Source: a virus (Duplodnaviria > Caudoviricetes). From it: 64,000 nt of DNA. Below are positions 50,084 to 59,660 of this stretch, one piece after another. Position 1 is the first letter of the stretch. The number at the start of each line of letters is the position of its first letter. The position numbers and the translations under genes were made by a program. The stretch lies in the IMG/VR virus record IMGVR_UViG_3300037313_001869, positions 256,001 through 320,000 of that record; one strand, written 5' to 3'. The notes beneath the pieces are model-generated. The model saw nothing but the letters and a program-made list of their open reading frames with translations, did no database searches and was not told the origin of the DNA.

Positions 50084-51073
50084 GCCCGTGCCCGACCACT
50101 TGCCGACGGATTTCAGCACCGACTTCGGCAGCGCGAGGCCCGCGACCACTTCCTTCAGCGACAGGCCCTCGGCGAAGAAGGTGAGAAAGACCTGCTGGAC
50201 CCGCTCGTGGTCATCGAGGCCGTCGCCAGCCACGAGAGCGCCGATCTCGGCCTTGCCCGCCTCGGAGAGCTTCTTGTCCTTGCCCACGAAGTCGAGCAGA
50301 GGCTCTGCCGAGAGCTTGACCCCGCGGGTGATGTCGGCGACGACCCGCGCCACCTCGGCCGTGGCCTGCTGCCGGCACGAGGTTTCATCGACGACCATCG
50401 ATTCCCACGCCTGCTCTTCCTCGCCGAGCGGAGCGAGGTAGATGTCCTTGTAGCGGCGCGACCGGGTCCGGCACCAGTTGGAGAAGATGTTGTGGACGGC
50501 GGAGGCGAGGTACATCTTGAACCGGCCCCGCGTGCGCGGCACAACGGGCTCGATCGTCGAGTGCGTCTTGGCGAAGGTCCCGCAGAGCTTCACCTTCTCG
50601 ATGTCGACCATCTCGAAGAGGGTCTTCTTCGACGACCAGCCGGCCTTGGTCCGATGGGCCTCGGAGCCCGGCACCCAGAGAGGCCGGCCCCGGGCGTCGA
50701 CTGGCTCGGGCATGAACTTCTTGGTCTGGGTGCGGGTCGTATCCCCCCGCTTCTTCTTGCGCATGTCGCCGCCTCCATGCGCCCGCCACATCATCACCTT
50801 CCACTGCTGCCAGGTGACCTGAAGGTAGCTCGCCGCCTGCTCGGCTGTGCAACGCGAAGCGATCGACCCGGCCGACGTGCGGTACTTGTTGACCACGTCG
50901 ACACGCACCAGCTCTAGCCAGACGTGCTGGAGGATGTCCTCGAAGTTGGTTGCGACGCGGTTGTTCCTCGTGATCAGGCTGACGACGTAGGGCGTGAACA
51001 CACGCACCAGGTCATTGAGATCGGTCGGGACGTAGCCGTCAGGGATCTTGTCGAGCACCTTCGCCATTTGCAT
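50081..51073 (-). CDS. sigma-factor-like protein with insertion; ends at TTA
   Basis: FEDILQHVWLEL ... FKMYLASAVHNIFSNWCR; TTA opposite a convergent TAA. Confidence 0.6.
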
Positions 51074-51161
51074 TCCCTCTCTTTCGGGCCCAGACGATTG
51101 AGCCCCCGCTCTTTTTCTCGGAATCGACCGGAAGGCGGGATCTGCCGCTCTCGCGCTCCGG

Positions 51162-51950
51162 TTGGCGCCGCCTGGTGGGGGCGGCGAGCTTCTGCCTTAC
51201 GTCCGCGCTCGAAGAGGTGTCAATGTTAAAGCAAGGCACCCTTCGATGACGCGCCGCGGAAACCTCCCTAACACTGCGAAAATCAACGAAAACCCTCCTC
51301 GCCGCCGGACGGCCTCGGGAGAAGTCCCTCTTCTGCCGTCGACCTTGGTTAGCGACGGGTCTCCTGGTATGCTCGAAGAAATGCAGGAGATCAGCGAAGA
51401 CGACGTGCCCAGTGGCCTCGACGACTTCGAGTTTTCCCTGGCCCTCATGGCAGCCCTCGGGGCCGCCACCGCCACCGTCTCGGGCAGCGGCCCGGCCGAA
51501 CGGGCCCGGATGCTGGCCCGCCATGCCCTCGAAGCCTTGCCCGAGGGCGCAGCCTCCTCGGCCGAGCTGTGCGTCATCCAGAACGCGCTCCGGACGATCG
51601 CCGGAAAGCCCCCGCTCGGTACCACCGGCCTCGTTCCCGCTTCGGCCCCCTGGACCCGCCGGACGTTCGAGACGCTCGCTCTTGCCTGGGCCACTTGGGT
51701 CTCGGACGATACGGCCCCCCTCGCTCTGACGGCCCACGCCCTCCGTACGGCCGAGCCCCCGAAGGAGGATGACCAGGGAGCCGTCGAGCTGGAGGCGCTC
51801 CGTCATTGGGCGACGGCCCTCGAACTGCTCGAAAGCAACAGGCCGCTTGCCCGGAGGTGGTTCGACCGGGCCGTGTTCGCCAGCGAAGGTACCGAGTCGA
51901 GTCTCGCGATCTCGTGGACCTTCGTGGCGACCTTCTTCCCGGCTGCCTGA
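51162..51950 (+). CDS. hypothetical protein (start uncertain)
   Basis: 262-aa ORF. Confidence 0.55.
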   Translation: MAPPGGGGELLPYVRARRGVNVKARHPSMTRRGNLPNTAKINENPPRRRTASGEVPLLPSTLVSDGSPGMLEEMQEISEDDVPSGLDDFEFSLALMAALGAATATVSGSGPAERARMLARHALEALPEGAASSAELCVIQNALRTIAGKPPLGTTGLVPASAPWTRRTFETLALAWATWVSDDTAPLALTAHALRTAEPPKEDDQGAVELEALRHWATALELLESNRPLARRWFDRAVFASEGTESSLAISWTFVATFFPAA

Positions 51951-51959
51951 GCTACAAGA

Positions 51960-52169
51960 TCAGACCGCTCGCTTCGGCCGCCCCCTCGGGCGGCCAACGT
52001 TCGGTACCACCGGCTGATCCCAAGGCCGCACCTGGATTCGGTTCTGCCAGGCGCCCCCTTCCGGGAAGTACCGGAGAAGCCCGTCTCGCTCGGCTCGCGC
52101 CTCGCTCTCTGTCTTCCACGCCTTAGGGACATACAGCGTACCGGATTGGAGGTCTACGATCGCCCACAC
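51960..52169 (-). CDS. small hypothetical protein with AT-hook-like RPRGRPKR
   Basis: C-terminal GRPRGRPKR. Confidence 0.55.
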   Translation of the reverse strand: MWAIVDLQSGTLYVPKAWKTESEARAERDGLLRYFPEGGAWQNRIQVRPWDQPVVPNVGRPRGRPKRAV

Positions 52170-52322
52170 GGTCTGCGCCTCGTTCTGTCGGAGGATGTGA
52201 TCCGACGATCTCCCCCAGACACCGGAAGGTCCGAAACGGACGCAGGGTGCAGGAAGACCTGTAGCACTCTCCCCACGAAAAGGAAGATGCCCGAAAGCAG
52301 ACGTGTCCAGGGAAAATACAGG

Positions 52323-52697
52323 TTACTTCGTCGTGATCCCCATCGAGGAGGCGACGCCTCGGATCGTGGCCGAGAGGAGCAGATCCTTCGCCTTCTGGTA
52401 CTCCGGAAGCTCTCCGTAGGGGACCAGACAGGGGTGCGTCAGCTTCTCGGCATCCTTCTTCTCACCGTAGGTCCAGCCGGCCTCGATCTTCTGGAGCATC
52501 CACGATTCGTGCAGCTCCTTCGGATCGTAAGAGCCGAAGAGCACCTGTCGTGCTCCCAATCGGGCGCTGACCTTCTGCCACTCAGGAGCCTCTTCCCAGG
52601 AGACCTGGGACGGATCGCCGATCAGGGCGCAGTAGGTACGGTTCACTTCGTGAGCGGCTCTCGCGAGCTTCTCGATCACGTTTTCGGTTACGTTCAT
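52323..52697 (-). CDS. RyR-domain protein
   Basis: HESWMLQKIEAGWTYG..THPCLVPYGELP..QKAKD. Confidence 0.85.
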   Translation of the reverse strand: MNVTENVIEKLARAAHEVNRTYCALIGDPSQVSWEEAPEWQKVSARLGARQVLFGSYDPKELHESWMLQKIEAGWTYGEKKDAEKLTHPCLVPYGELPEYQKAKDLLLSATIRGVASSMGITTK

Positions 52698-53338
52698 GTC
52701 GTTACGGTTCGGTGTTGAGTCTGGGTCTGAGTCGGGTGCGTCTTCTTCTCTTGCTGCTGTCGCTTCTTCTTCTTCTGGTGCTGGGGTGGGTACGGTTGCG
52801 GTTACGGGTGGGGGTACGATGTCGAGGATGCTTGGGGTCTTGGTCGTCTGAAGCTTCGCTTCATCCGAGATCAAATCTCAGACAGAAGAGATACTGATCT
52901 CAGAGATCCCTGAGGGATCAGAGAGATCGAGAGAGAAGCTCTTCTTGGCTACTTCCCCATGGGGAGTCCGGACGGTCTCTACCGTCCGCTTCCCTTCCGT
53001 CGAGATGCCGAGCGAGATCCTCGTAGGCTTCCTACTCGTGTTCGGCAGAGCAGACATGGCGTGCATGGTCTTCGGGGAGGATCGACGGGGGTACGTGAGA
53101 GGATGTCGGACAGGCCCACTCTCACCTTCAGCAATCGGGTCTTTTCGGAACGTCCTCGGAAGCTTGAGGGGTTACCGTCCCCCCTTCGGGGGCAAGGAGC
53201 CGTAGAACCTGGTTGCCATCCCCTCTGAGCCGTAGGGGACGCTCCCCTGAGTACACCATCGAAGGTTTGTCGATCCCTTCCCACGGGGAAGCACCCTCCG
53301 GATCGCGTTCCTTTCTATAGGATCTGGGGTGTATCCCC

Positions 53339-53662
53339 ATGCAACCCACGACGATTCTCGTGTTCTCGGACCTCAAGGACTCGCCCCGCGTGGCAAAATC
53401 CCTTCCGGATACGCTCCGGATCGGCGATCACCTCGTCCTGGACCTCACCGTTCGGCGGAAGAATGGCGGACGGACCGAGGAACTCCGGGTGAACGGAGAG
53501 TTCCGGGTGACCTCCTCGGTGCTCGACGCTCGGACGACCCCTCAGCGGCTCGTCTCCGTCGAGGCCCTCCGGGTCGCACCCATCTGGAAAGCGGTCAAGA
53601 ACCCCCCTTCCTGGGCCAGGAAGATGCCGCCGGCCCGCTTCCCTCGTACTCGGGTCGAGTGA
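53339..53662 (+). CDS. hypothetical protein
   Basis: 107-aa ORF. Confidence 0.55.
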   Translation: MQPTTILVFSDLKDSPRVAKSLPDTLRIGDHLVLDLTVRRKNGGRTEELRVNGEFRVTSSVLDARTTPQRLVSVEALRVAPIWKAVKNPPSWARKMPPARFPRTRVE

Positions 53663-53696
53663 ACCCCGAAGGGGCACGGTACCCGTCCCTCGCGGG

Positions 53697-54167
53697 CTAC
53701 TTCCAGCTCGCCAGACGGGTCCGGAGCAAGGGCTTGATCTTGTCAGCCTGAGCCTGGCCTTCCGCCCAGCGCTCCCGGAAGCGGGTCTGGGCCGCCTCGT
53801 CCGCGGCGTAGGAGCCTCCCCCGGACCCCTGGTTGTCACAGCCGTACCAGGCTTGGTCTCCCCAGGCGATAGCCCGGTCGATTCCCACCCCGGGGTCGAG
53901 GGCGAGCTGGAGAAGGTGGATGGCGCTGCTCACGCACCCGCCGGCCCCGGGGATGGCGCTGGACCCTAGGGCCGCGCCGTAATCCGCGTCCGACTTCTTG
54001 AACGTGGCCTCGGCGTAGCTGTCGAAGGCGACCGTGATCAGGTACGCCAGGGTTACGGGATGCCCCGGGTAGACCGACGCTTCGCCCAGCACTTCGTGGT
54101 CCGACCGGTGAGCGAACCGCAGAGTGTTTTGTGAAACCGGCTTGGTATGACTCTTGGGGCGCCTCAA
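53697..54167 (-). CDS. hypothetical protein
   Basis: GAGGAGG SD, TTG start. Confidence 0.6.
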   Translation of the reverse strand: MRRPKSHTKPVSQNTLRFAHRSDHEVLGEASVYPGHPVTLAYLITVAFDSYAEATFKKSDADYGAALGSSAIPGAGGCVSSAIHLLQLALDPGVGIDRAIAWGDQAWYGCDNQGSGGGSYAADEAAQTRFRERWAEGQAQADKIKPLLRTRLASWK

Positions 54168-54310
54168 ATTGTCCTCCTCGTCCTCGTCATGCTCTTTTCG
54201 GCCCTAGCGACCCGGGCCTACGTTCGAGGGCACCCCGGGATCTTCGTTCTCGCGCTCGTTCTCCTGCTCATCCCGCTCGCCTTGCTTTACCGAGACTACC
54301 GAGCCGCCCG

Positions 54311-54832
54311 CTAACAGAACTCCCGGCCGATAAGCTCGGTGAACTCGATCGGGCAGTCGGCGAGGACCTCGACGAACTCCCGCGCCGTGTAGGTTTTGCG
54401 GTACTCGTCTTCGACGAGCGGCCTATCGCTACCCATCTCTTCGGCGAGAATGCGCCGGACCGTCTCGGGGTTCTGGGCCCACGAGAACGAGCAGCAGTAG
54501 GAGACGCCGTTCCGGTCTGTCACGGCTTCGGGGGCTTCCTCCGCGCTAAGTGCCCGATCGAACCGGGTCGGTATCCGGTCACGCTCGCTCTTGTGGCAGA
54601 GCGGGCAGCGATCGAACCACTCGCTCCTGCCCGTATGGAGCATCTCGTTGCCCCCCTTGCAGAGGGTGACCCGGCAGTCCCAGCAGAACATGCCGGCGCC
54701 CGAGCGCTTTCCGAGGTGGACCTTCGGGTCCATGTCGTCGTAGCCCCGGCGGATCTCGATGGTCTCGCCCGTGGGCAGCGTGTGCTCCCGCGGCTCGCAG
54801 CCAGGAACGACCCAGTAGAAGTTGGTGCCCAT
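54311..54832 (-). CDS. Cys-rich hypothetical protein (internal TRFDR)
   Basis: MGTNFY..HLGKRS..CWDC..CPLC. Confidence 0.7.
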   Translation of the reverse strand: MGTNFYWVVPGCEPREHTLPTGETIEIRRGYDDMDPKVHLGKRSGAGMFCWDCRVTLCKGGNEMLHTGRSEWFDRCPLCHKSERDRIPTRFDRALSAEEAPEAVTDRNGVSYCCSFSWAQNPETVRRILAEEMGSDRPLVEDEYRKTYTAREFVEVLADCPIEFTELIGREFC

Positions 54833-54833
54833 G

Positions 54834-55133
54834 TCACTCCACCCCGTTCTTTTTCTTCCACTCCTCGTGCTCGGCGACCTTCGCCTCGTGGGCCTTTCTC
54901 GCGAGCTGGAGGGCCTCGTCGAGCGGGTAGCGGCAGCCCTGGAGGAAGTCCTCTGTCCGGTCGGACGGGAACCGCTCGCTCCCCCACTGCCCATCGCGGA
55001 AGAGGGCCCAGCCCACCGAGTCGAGGATGGCCCACATCCCCTTCTCCTGGTGCCGAAGCTCGACGTGAACGGTCGTGTGATCGCCGAGGACGCCGAAGGT
55101 GTAGCGTGTCGCGTGGCACTTGGGGGTGGTCAT
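54834..55133 (-). CDS. hypothetical protein
   Basis: CGGTGTT-N9-ATG. Confidence 0.6.
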   Translation of the reverse strand: MTTPKCHATRYTFGVLGDHTTVHVELRHQEKGMWAILDSVGWALFRDGQWGSERFPSDRTEDFLQGCRYPLDEALQLARKAHEAKVAEHEEWKKKNGVE

Positions 55134-55375
55134 GCTTCTTCTAACACCGAAGACGGGGCTTCTTTTCGGATCGTCTCGAAATTCTCCCCGATGATTGTGA
55201 TCTCCCCCGGCCCCCAAACGAGCCGTCCCTGACGGGCCGCCGACCGAACGCGAAGAGCCGTCGCGAGGTCGTGGGGGAAGCCCGCCTCGAAGAGCCGGCG
55301 GCGCAGGGCGGGGATGGACTCGGGGCCGGGGTCTTTCATTGGAAAATCCCTGACGGTTACACCGTCTTAGACGAC

Positions 55376-55690
55376 ATGACCGCTGCCGTCGAGACCTCGC
55401 CCGAGTTTGAGAGCATCGAAGCCTTTGCTCAGTTTCTCCTCGACGAGGAGCGTACCGAGTTCTGCCTCGACGAGGTCTTGCAGCTTGCCGAGACCTTGCG
55501 CCGGTCGAACCCCCGGATCATTGCCGAGCTGAAAAGCTACGGCTTCCAGATGACGGCGCGGGAGGTGCCGAAGAAGGTCCGCGGTTTCACGTCCAGCAGC
55601 CATGATCGTTTCTACGGCCCCGGGTCGAGCAAGATGCACGGCGGCTCGGGCTACGAGCAGATCGCCGGCTTTGCCGGCCAGAAAGGATGA
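55376..55690 (+). CDS. hypothetical protein
   Basis: VRGFTSSSHDRF..HGGSGYEQI. Confidence 0.65.
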   Translation: MTAAVETSPEFESIEAFAQFLLDEERTEFCLDEVLQLAETLRRSNPRIIAELKSYGFQMTAREVPKKVRGFTSSSHDRFYGPGSSKMHGGSGYEQIAGFAGQKG

Positions 55691-56103
55691 ACCCCATGAC
55701 GCCCCCCACGTTTCAGATCGCCCCTGCTTCGGGAGACTTCGTCGGCCAGACCGAAGACCTCTTTGCCTGGGAGGGTATCCAGGTCTCCTCGGAGGAGCGG
55801 CCCTTGGCCGTGGCCGTCGTTGGGGAGGAAGTCGTCGGGGCCCTCACCTTCGGCACCTACCCGGACGAGGACGGCCTCCGGGTCACGTTCTCGATCGTGG
55901 TCGAGGAGGGCTACCGCCGGCAGGGCATTGCTCGGGCTCTGGTCCAGCGGGCCCTCGATCAGGCGGGTTCGCGTCTCTCGGGGTACTATTTCCGGGTCTG
56001 GGTCGTGAACCCCCACATGGCGTCTCTGCTTGGAAGCATGGGCTTCGAGACCGAGAACGGGGAGTGGTCGGAAGACGCCCCGCACATGTACCTCTACGCT
56101 TGA
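55687..56103 (+). CDS. GNAT acetyltransferase
   Basis: VEEGYRRQGIARAL; N..MASLLGSMGF. Confidence 0.8.
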   Translation: MNPMTPPTFQIAPASGDFVGQTEDLFAWEGIQVSSEERPLAVAVVGEEVVGALTFGTYPDEDGLRVTFSIVVEEGYRRQGIARALVQRALDQAGSRLSGYYFRVWVVNPHMASLLGSMGFETENGEWSEDAPHMYLYA

Positions 56104-56106
56104 GCG

Positions 56107-56568
56107 CTACTTGTACGGCCAGGGGTCGGCTCGGCCCTTGAGCCGGTTCGGGCTCCCTCCGTCTTCGAGGCGGCGCAGCTCGTCGTTCTCCACGTCCGTG
56201 TACTCCTGCTCGACCTGGCAGGCGGGCTCGTGGTTTCGGCCTTCGTAGAGCTTGTCCCCGCTCATGTCCTCGAAGAGCTTGATGTAGGCCCGTGCCTGCT
56301 TCTCTTCGATTGGATCGGTGAGGAGCCCGGCGTGAAGGGCCCGCGAGAGGGCCATGATCCCGAGGTCGGGCCTCGGGTTCTCCGGCATCGTGAGTCCCTT
56401 TGGGTGCGTCGCTGGGTCACCAGGCATCCGGGCAAAGAAGCTTGCCATCAGGTCGGGCTCGGGTCCGCCACCCTCTTCGATGCGCTCGGCGGCGAGGGTC
56501 TGAAGCGTCACCGACTCGGAAGGGTGCGCGGGCCCGGCAAGCATGTCCCGGATGTTCTTGGCTGTCAT
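56107..56568 (-). CDS. hypothetical protein
   Basis: 153-aa ORF. Confidence 0.6.
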   Translation of the reverse strand: MTAKNIRDMLAGPAHPSESVTLQTLAAERIEEGGGPEPDLMASFFARMPGDPATHPKGLTMPENPRPDLGIMALSRALHAGLLTDPIEEKQARAYIKLFEDMSGDKLYEGRNHEPACQVEQEYTDVENDELRRLEDGGSPNRLKGRADPWPYK

Positions 56569-56601
56569 GGCTCTTCTAGGGGTGATCCCAGAAGAGCTTT
56601 T

Positions 56602-57219
56602 TCAGTACCCCTCCCACCGGGCCCGCTCGGCTTCTTTCTTGCCCCAGAAGCCCATCCAGGCTTTCGGGTCCTCGGGGTCGAGGTGCCAGCGGAAGGTGTT
56701 GGCGATCCGCTCCATCCCGGGTAGGTTGTCGGCCGTGATGTCGGGCCAGATGTCGAAGTAGAGCGTGTTCCAGACCTCATCGTCGTCGGGCCGCACGTCG
56801 TAGATGTCTTCGCAGAGGATGAAGAGCCGCTCGTCGTCGATGGCCTTCTGGAACGCCGGGGCCACGAGGTCGATCACGTCCTCGCTCTTCTCGAAGACCA
56901 GGATCGACTCGACCTCGGGCTTCTGAAGCAAGGGCACGAGCACCATGCCGAGGCCGAGGCCGGCGATGAGCACGCGGCCGTGGGCCCGGGCGAGTAGCTC
57001 GGTGTTGGTCCGCTGCTCCATCGGCGTGTCGCTCATGACGAGCTGGCCCCCCACGAAGAGCTGGGCGTAGGTCCCTTCGGGGATGGCCTGCTCCCGGCCG
57101 CCGGTCGCGGCCTCCCGGATGCGGGAGAAGTCGGCCTCGGATTTGCCGATCTGGAGGATCTTGATCTCGGCCTCACCCTGCTTGCGCGGCGAGAGGCGCT
57201 TTGACATGGGCTCGAACAT
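56602..57219 (-). CDS. spermidine-synthase-like SAM-binding protein
   Basis: MSDTPME, VLIAGLGLG, FEKS, YFDIW. Confidence 0.7.
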   Translation of the reverse strand: MFEPMSKRLSPRKQGEAEIKILQIGKSEADFSRIREAATGGREQAIPEGTYAQLFVGGQLVMSDTPMEQRTNTELLARAHGRVLIAGLGLGMVLVPLLQKPEVESILVFEKSEDVIDLVAPAFQKAIDDERLFILCEDIYDVRPDDDEVWNTLYFDIWPDITADNLPGMERIANTFRWHLDPEDPKAWMGFWGKKEAERARWEGY

Positions 57220-57260
57220 ACCGCGCCTTTACACCGCCCAAGAGGTGTAGAGAGGGGAGC

Positions 57261-57983
57261 ATGAGCATCCTTTCCGGACTGGAGATCCAGAAGCAGATCA
57301 AGGCAGGGCGGATCGAAGTCGAGCCCTTCGACCCCCACTACATGAACCCCGCGAGCCTCGACCTCACCCTCGGTCGCGAGGTCTTGGTTTACCACAACGT
57401 AGTCGACAGTTGCAGCCCCGACTACAGCCCCAACCACCCCGAGCGCTACTTCTCGCCCGTTCGCCGAAACGGAGTCAAAGGGGAAGGACTCATGCCCCGG
57501 GCCTGCCAGAACCCGAACCGGCCCTTCCCTGGGATGACCTTTCGGCCGAACGGCTATCTCGACGCGGCGATGGAAAACGAGACCATCGGGTGCGTGCTCG
57601 AACCCTGGGAGCCGTTCTTTCTCCGGCCCGGGATCGGCTATCTCATGAGCGTCGCCGAGCGCATCCGAACCGACCACTATGTGCCCATCTTGGACGGCAA
57701 GTCTTCGATCGGCCGGCTCTTTGCGGTCGTTCATGTCACCGCTGGCTTCGGGGACCCTGGGTTCGATGGCCAGTTCACGCTCGAAGTGCAAGTCACCCAC
57801 CCGCTCATCGTCTACCCGGGGCAGCGCTGCTGTCAGGTGCGTTTCGAGACCATCGAGGGCGAGGTCTCGCTCTACCAAGGCAACTACACGGGCGATGCTG
57901 CCAAGGGGTCGGTGTCCTCTCGTGCCTGGAAGCAGATCGAAAAAGACCGCGCCTACCTTGCCTCGAAAGCCAAGCCCCGATGA
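57261..57983 (+). CDS. dcd: dCTP deaminase
   Basis: NPASLDLTLG, GKSSIGRL, TAGFGDPGFDGQFTLE. Confidence 0.9.
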   Translation: MSILSGLEIQKQIKAGRIEVEPFDPHYMNPASLDLTLGREVLVYHNVVDSCSPDYSPNHPERYFSPVRRNGVKGEGLMPRACQNPNRPFPGMTFRPNGYLDAAMENETIGCVLEPWEPFFLRPGIGYLMSVAERIRTDHYVPILDGKSSIGRLFAVVHVTAGFGDPGFDGQFTLEVQVTHPLIVYPGQRCCQVRFETIEGEVSLYQGNYTGDAAKGSVSSRAWKQIEKDRAYLASKAKPR

Positions 57984-58510
57984 CCCCCTACGCTCCTAGC
58001 CGCCTTCCGCTCGTCCACTACCCGGAGCCGATCCTCGCGAGGAAGGCCGACCCGATCACCGTGACGGGTCAGACCCGCACCCTCGCTCTCGACATGATCC
58101 ATACGATGCGGGCCGAACGGGGCATCGGCCTTGCCGCTCCGCAGGTGGGCCTGCCCATCCGGATGTTCGTCGTGGACGTGGAGTGGGTCTCGGGCGAGCC
58201 CGCTCCGTATGTCTTCGTCAACCCGGCCATCGTCTCGGCGAGCGAGGAGAAGGTCGATTCGGTCGAGGGTTGTCTCTCGTTTCCCGGCGAGAGTATCTGG
58301 GTACCGCGGCACAAGAAGGTCGTCATCTTCGCCCTCGACGAGCGGGGTGAGAGCTTTACGCTCGAAGCCGAGGGCCTGCTCTCGGTCGTCATCCAGCACG
58401 AGTTCGACCACATCGAAGGCCGGACTTTCGCCGATCTCCAGAACCGGACCAGCCTCGCGATGATGAAGAAGCGCCTCGCCAAGCGGGCGAAGAAAGCGAG
58501 CCGGACATGA
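57980..58510 (+). CDS. def: peptide deformylase
   Basis: GIGLAAPQVG, EGCLS, QHEFDH. Confidence 0.95.
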   Translation: MTPYAPSRLPLVHYPEPILARKADPITVTGQTRTLALDMIHTMRAERGIGLAAPQVGLPIRMFVVDVEWVSGEPAPYVFVNPAIVSASEEKVDSVEGCLSFPGESIWVPRHKKVVIFALDERGESFTLEAEGLLSVVIQHEFDHIEGRTFADLQNRTSLAMMKKRLAKRAKKASRT

Positions 58511-58884
58511 CTCTCGAAGCGACCCTCCGGGCCTACATCGACCAGCGGATCGAGGGCCTCACCAAGCGGACGGCCATGTTCGTCGGCAAAGGGCCCGACG
58601 CTCCCCTTGCCCTAGAGACCTGCTGGCGCGATCTGCTCGACCTCGAAATGATGCTCTGCCCCGACCCCATCGAGCAGCATCCGACGGCGTACGTCTGGCG
58701 GGCCATGGCGGTCGTTCAGAACCGCCGCTACCCCGAGTCGTCCTTCACCATCAGCAGCCTGGAGAAGGACCTCGGCCGGATCAACGACTACTTCCTGGCC
58801 GTCCGGACCGAGCTTCTCACCGTGACGGTGAAGGAGACGGACCGCTTGGAGGCGGCTCGTTCTCGTCCATCTGACCCCGGATGA
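58507..58884 (+). CDS. hypothetical protein
   Basis: ATGA coupling to def. Confidence 0.55.
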   Translation: MTLEATLRAYIDQRIEGLTKRTAMFVGKGPDAPLALETCWRDLLDLEMMLCPDPIEQHPTAYVWRAMAVVQNRRYPESSFTISSLEKDLGRINDYFLAVRTELLTVTVKETDRLEAARSRPSDPG

Positions 58885-59038
58885 CCTCGTCGTAGAAGCC
58901 CGCGGGTACCTGCACCTTGGCCTTCGCCCCGCTCGGCAGGCGGATCGTCAGGGTGTAGCGGGTGCGGCCGACGACGAGGTCTCCCTTGTAGAGATCCACG
59001 GGCCGGGCCTCTTCGCAGGCGATGATGTCGAGCTTCAT
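58817..59038 (-). CDS. small hypothetical protein
   Basis: MKLDIIACEE... Confidence 0.5.
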   Translation of the reverse strand: MKLDIIACEEARPVDLYKGDLVVGRTRYTLTIRLPSGAKAKVQVPAGFYDEVIRGQMDENEPPPSGPSPSPSR

Positions 59039-59073
59039 GCCCCGCTCGGAGGCACAAGGACTTGAACGGGGCG

Positions 59074-59244
59074 TCAGCCTCGGCCGGTGCCTGCCTCGTG
59101 CGGGGGTACCGTTGCGTCGTGGACCCAGTTGCTCCACCGCTCGGCCGGGGCGTAGAGGTGGCGCATCCAGAAGATGACTTCGCTCGCGGGGTGGGCGAAG
59201 AGGTTGTGGAAGGTCCAGTTCTGCACGAGGCGTCGGAGGGTCAT
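59074..59244 (-). CDS. small hypothetical protein
   Basis: WTFHNLFAHP..WVHDAT; coupled to speD-like gene. Confidence 0.55.
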   Translation of the reverse strand: MTLRRLVQNWTFHNLFAHPASEVIFWMRHLYAPAERWSNWVHDATVPPHEAGTGRG

Positions 59245-59633
59245 GGAGGGGGGCTGCGGAAGATCCGCGTGTGGTTGAGCGCCGTGGGGTTCAGGAACTC
59301 GGCCACCGTGCCGATCGCCCGCTCGTGGTCGAAGCCCTTGCAGGAGAAGAGGTCGGCCATGAAGACGCGGCGCAGGGGCCAGCAGTGGATCGACATGTGC
59401 GAGGTCGAGATCATGCAGTAGCCCGAGATTCCGCCCTCGTCCACGAACTTGTCCCCGGTGAGCTTCGACGGATCGACCTCGACCTCCTTGAAGACGGGAC
59501 CGAAGATGAGCTGCATGTCGAGGTCTTCGACCAGCTTCAGCATCATGCCGCGGAGGTTCGTCTCGTTGAAGACAGCGGGGTCCTTGACCCGACCGTCCAG
59601 GGTGAGGTGCAGGCCGTCGATCGCATTCGCCAT
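59241..59633 (-). CDS. speD: S-adenosylmethionine decarboxylase proenzyme-like
   Basis: GLHLTLD, GISG..ISTSHMSIHCWP, DLFSC. Confidence 0.8.
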   Translation of the reverse strand: MANAIDGLHLTLDGRVKDPAVFNETNLRGMMLKLVEDLDMQLIFGPVFKEVEVDPSKLTGDKFVDEGGISGYCMISTSHMSIHCWPLRRVFMADLFSCKGFDHERAIGTVAEFLNPTALNHTRIFRSPPP

Positions 59634-59660
59634 GGGGTACGTCAGTACCCCAAAAAAGCC

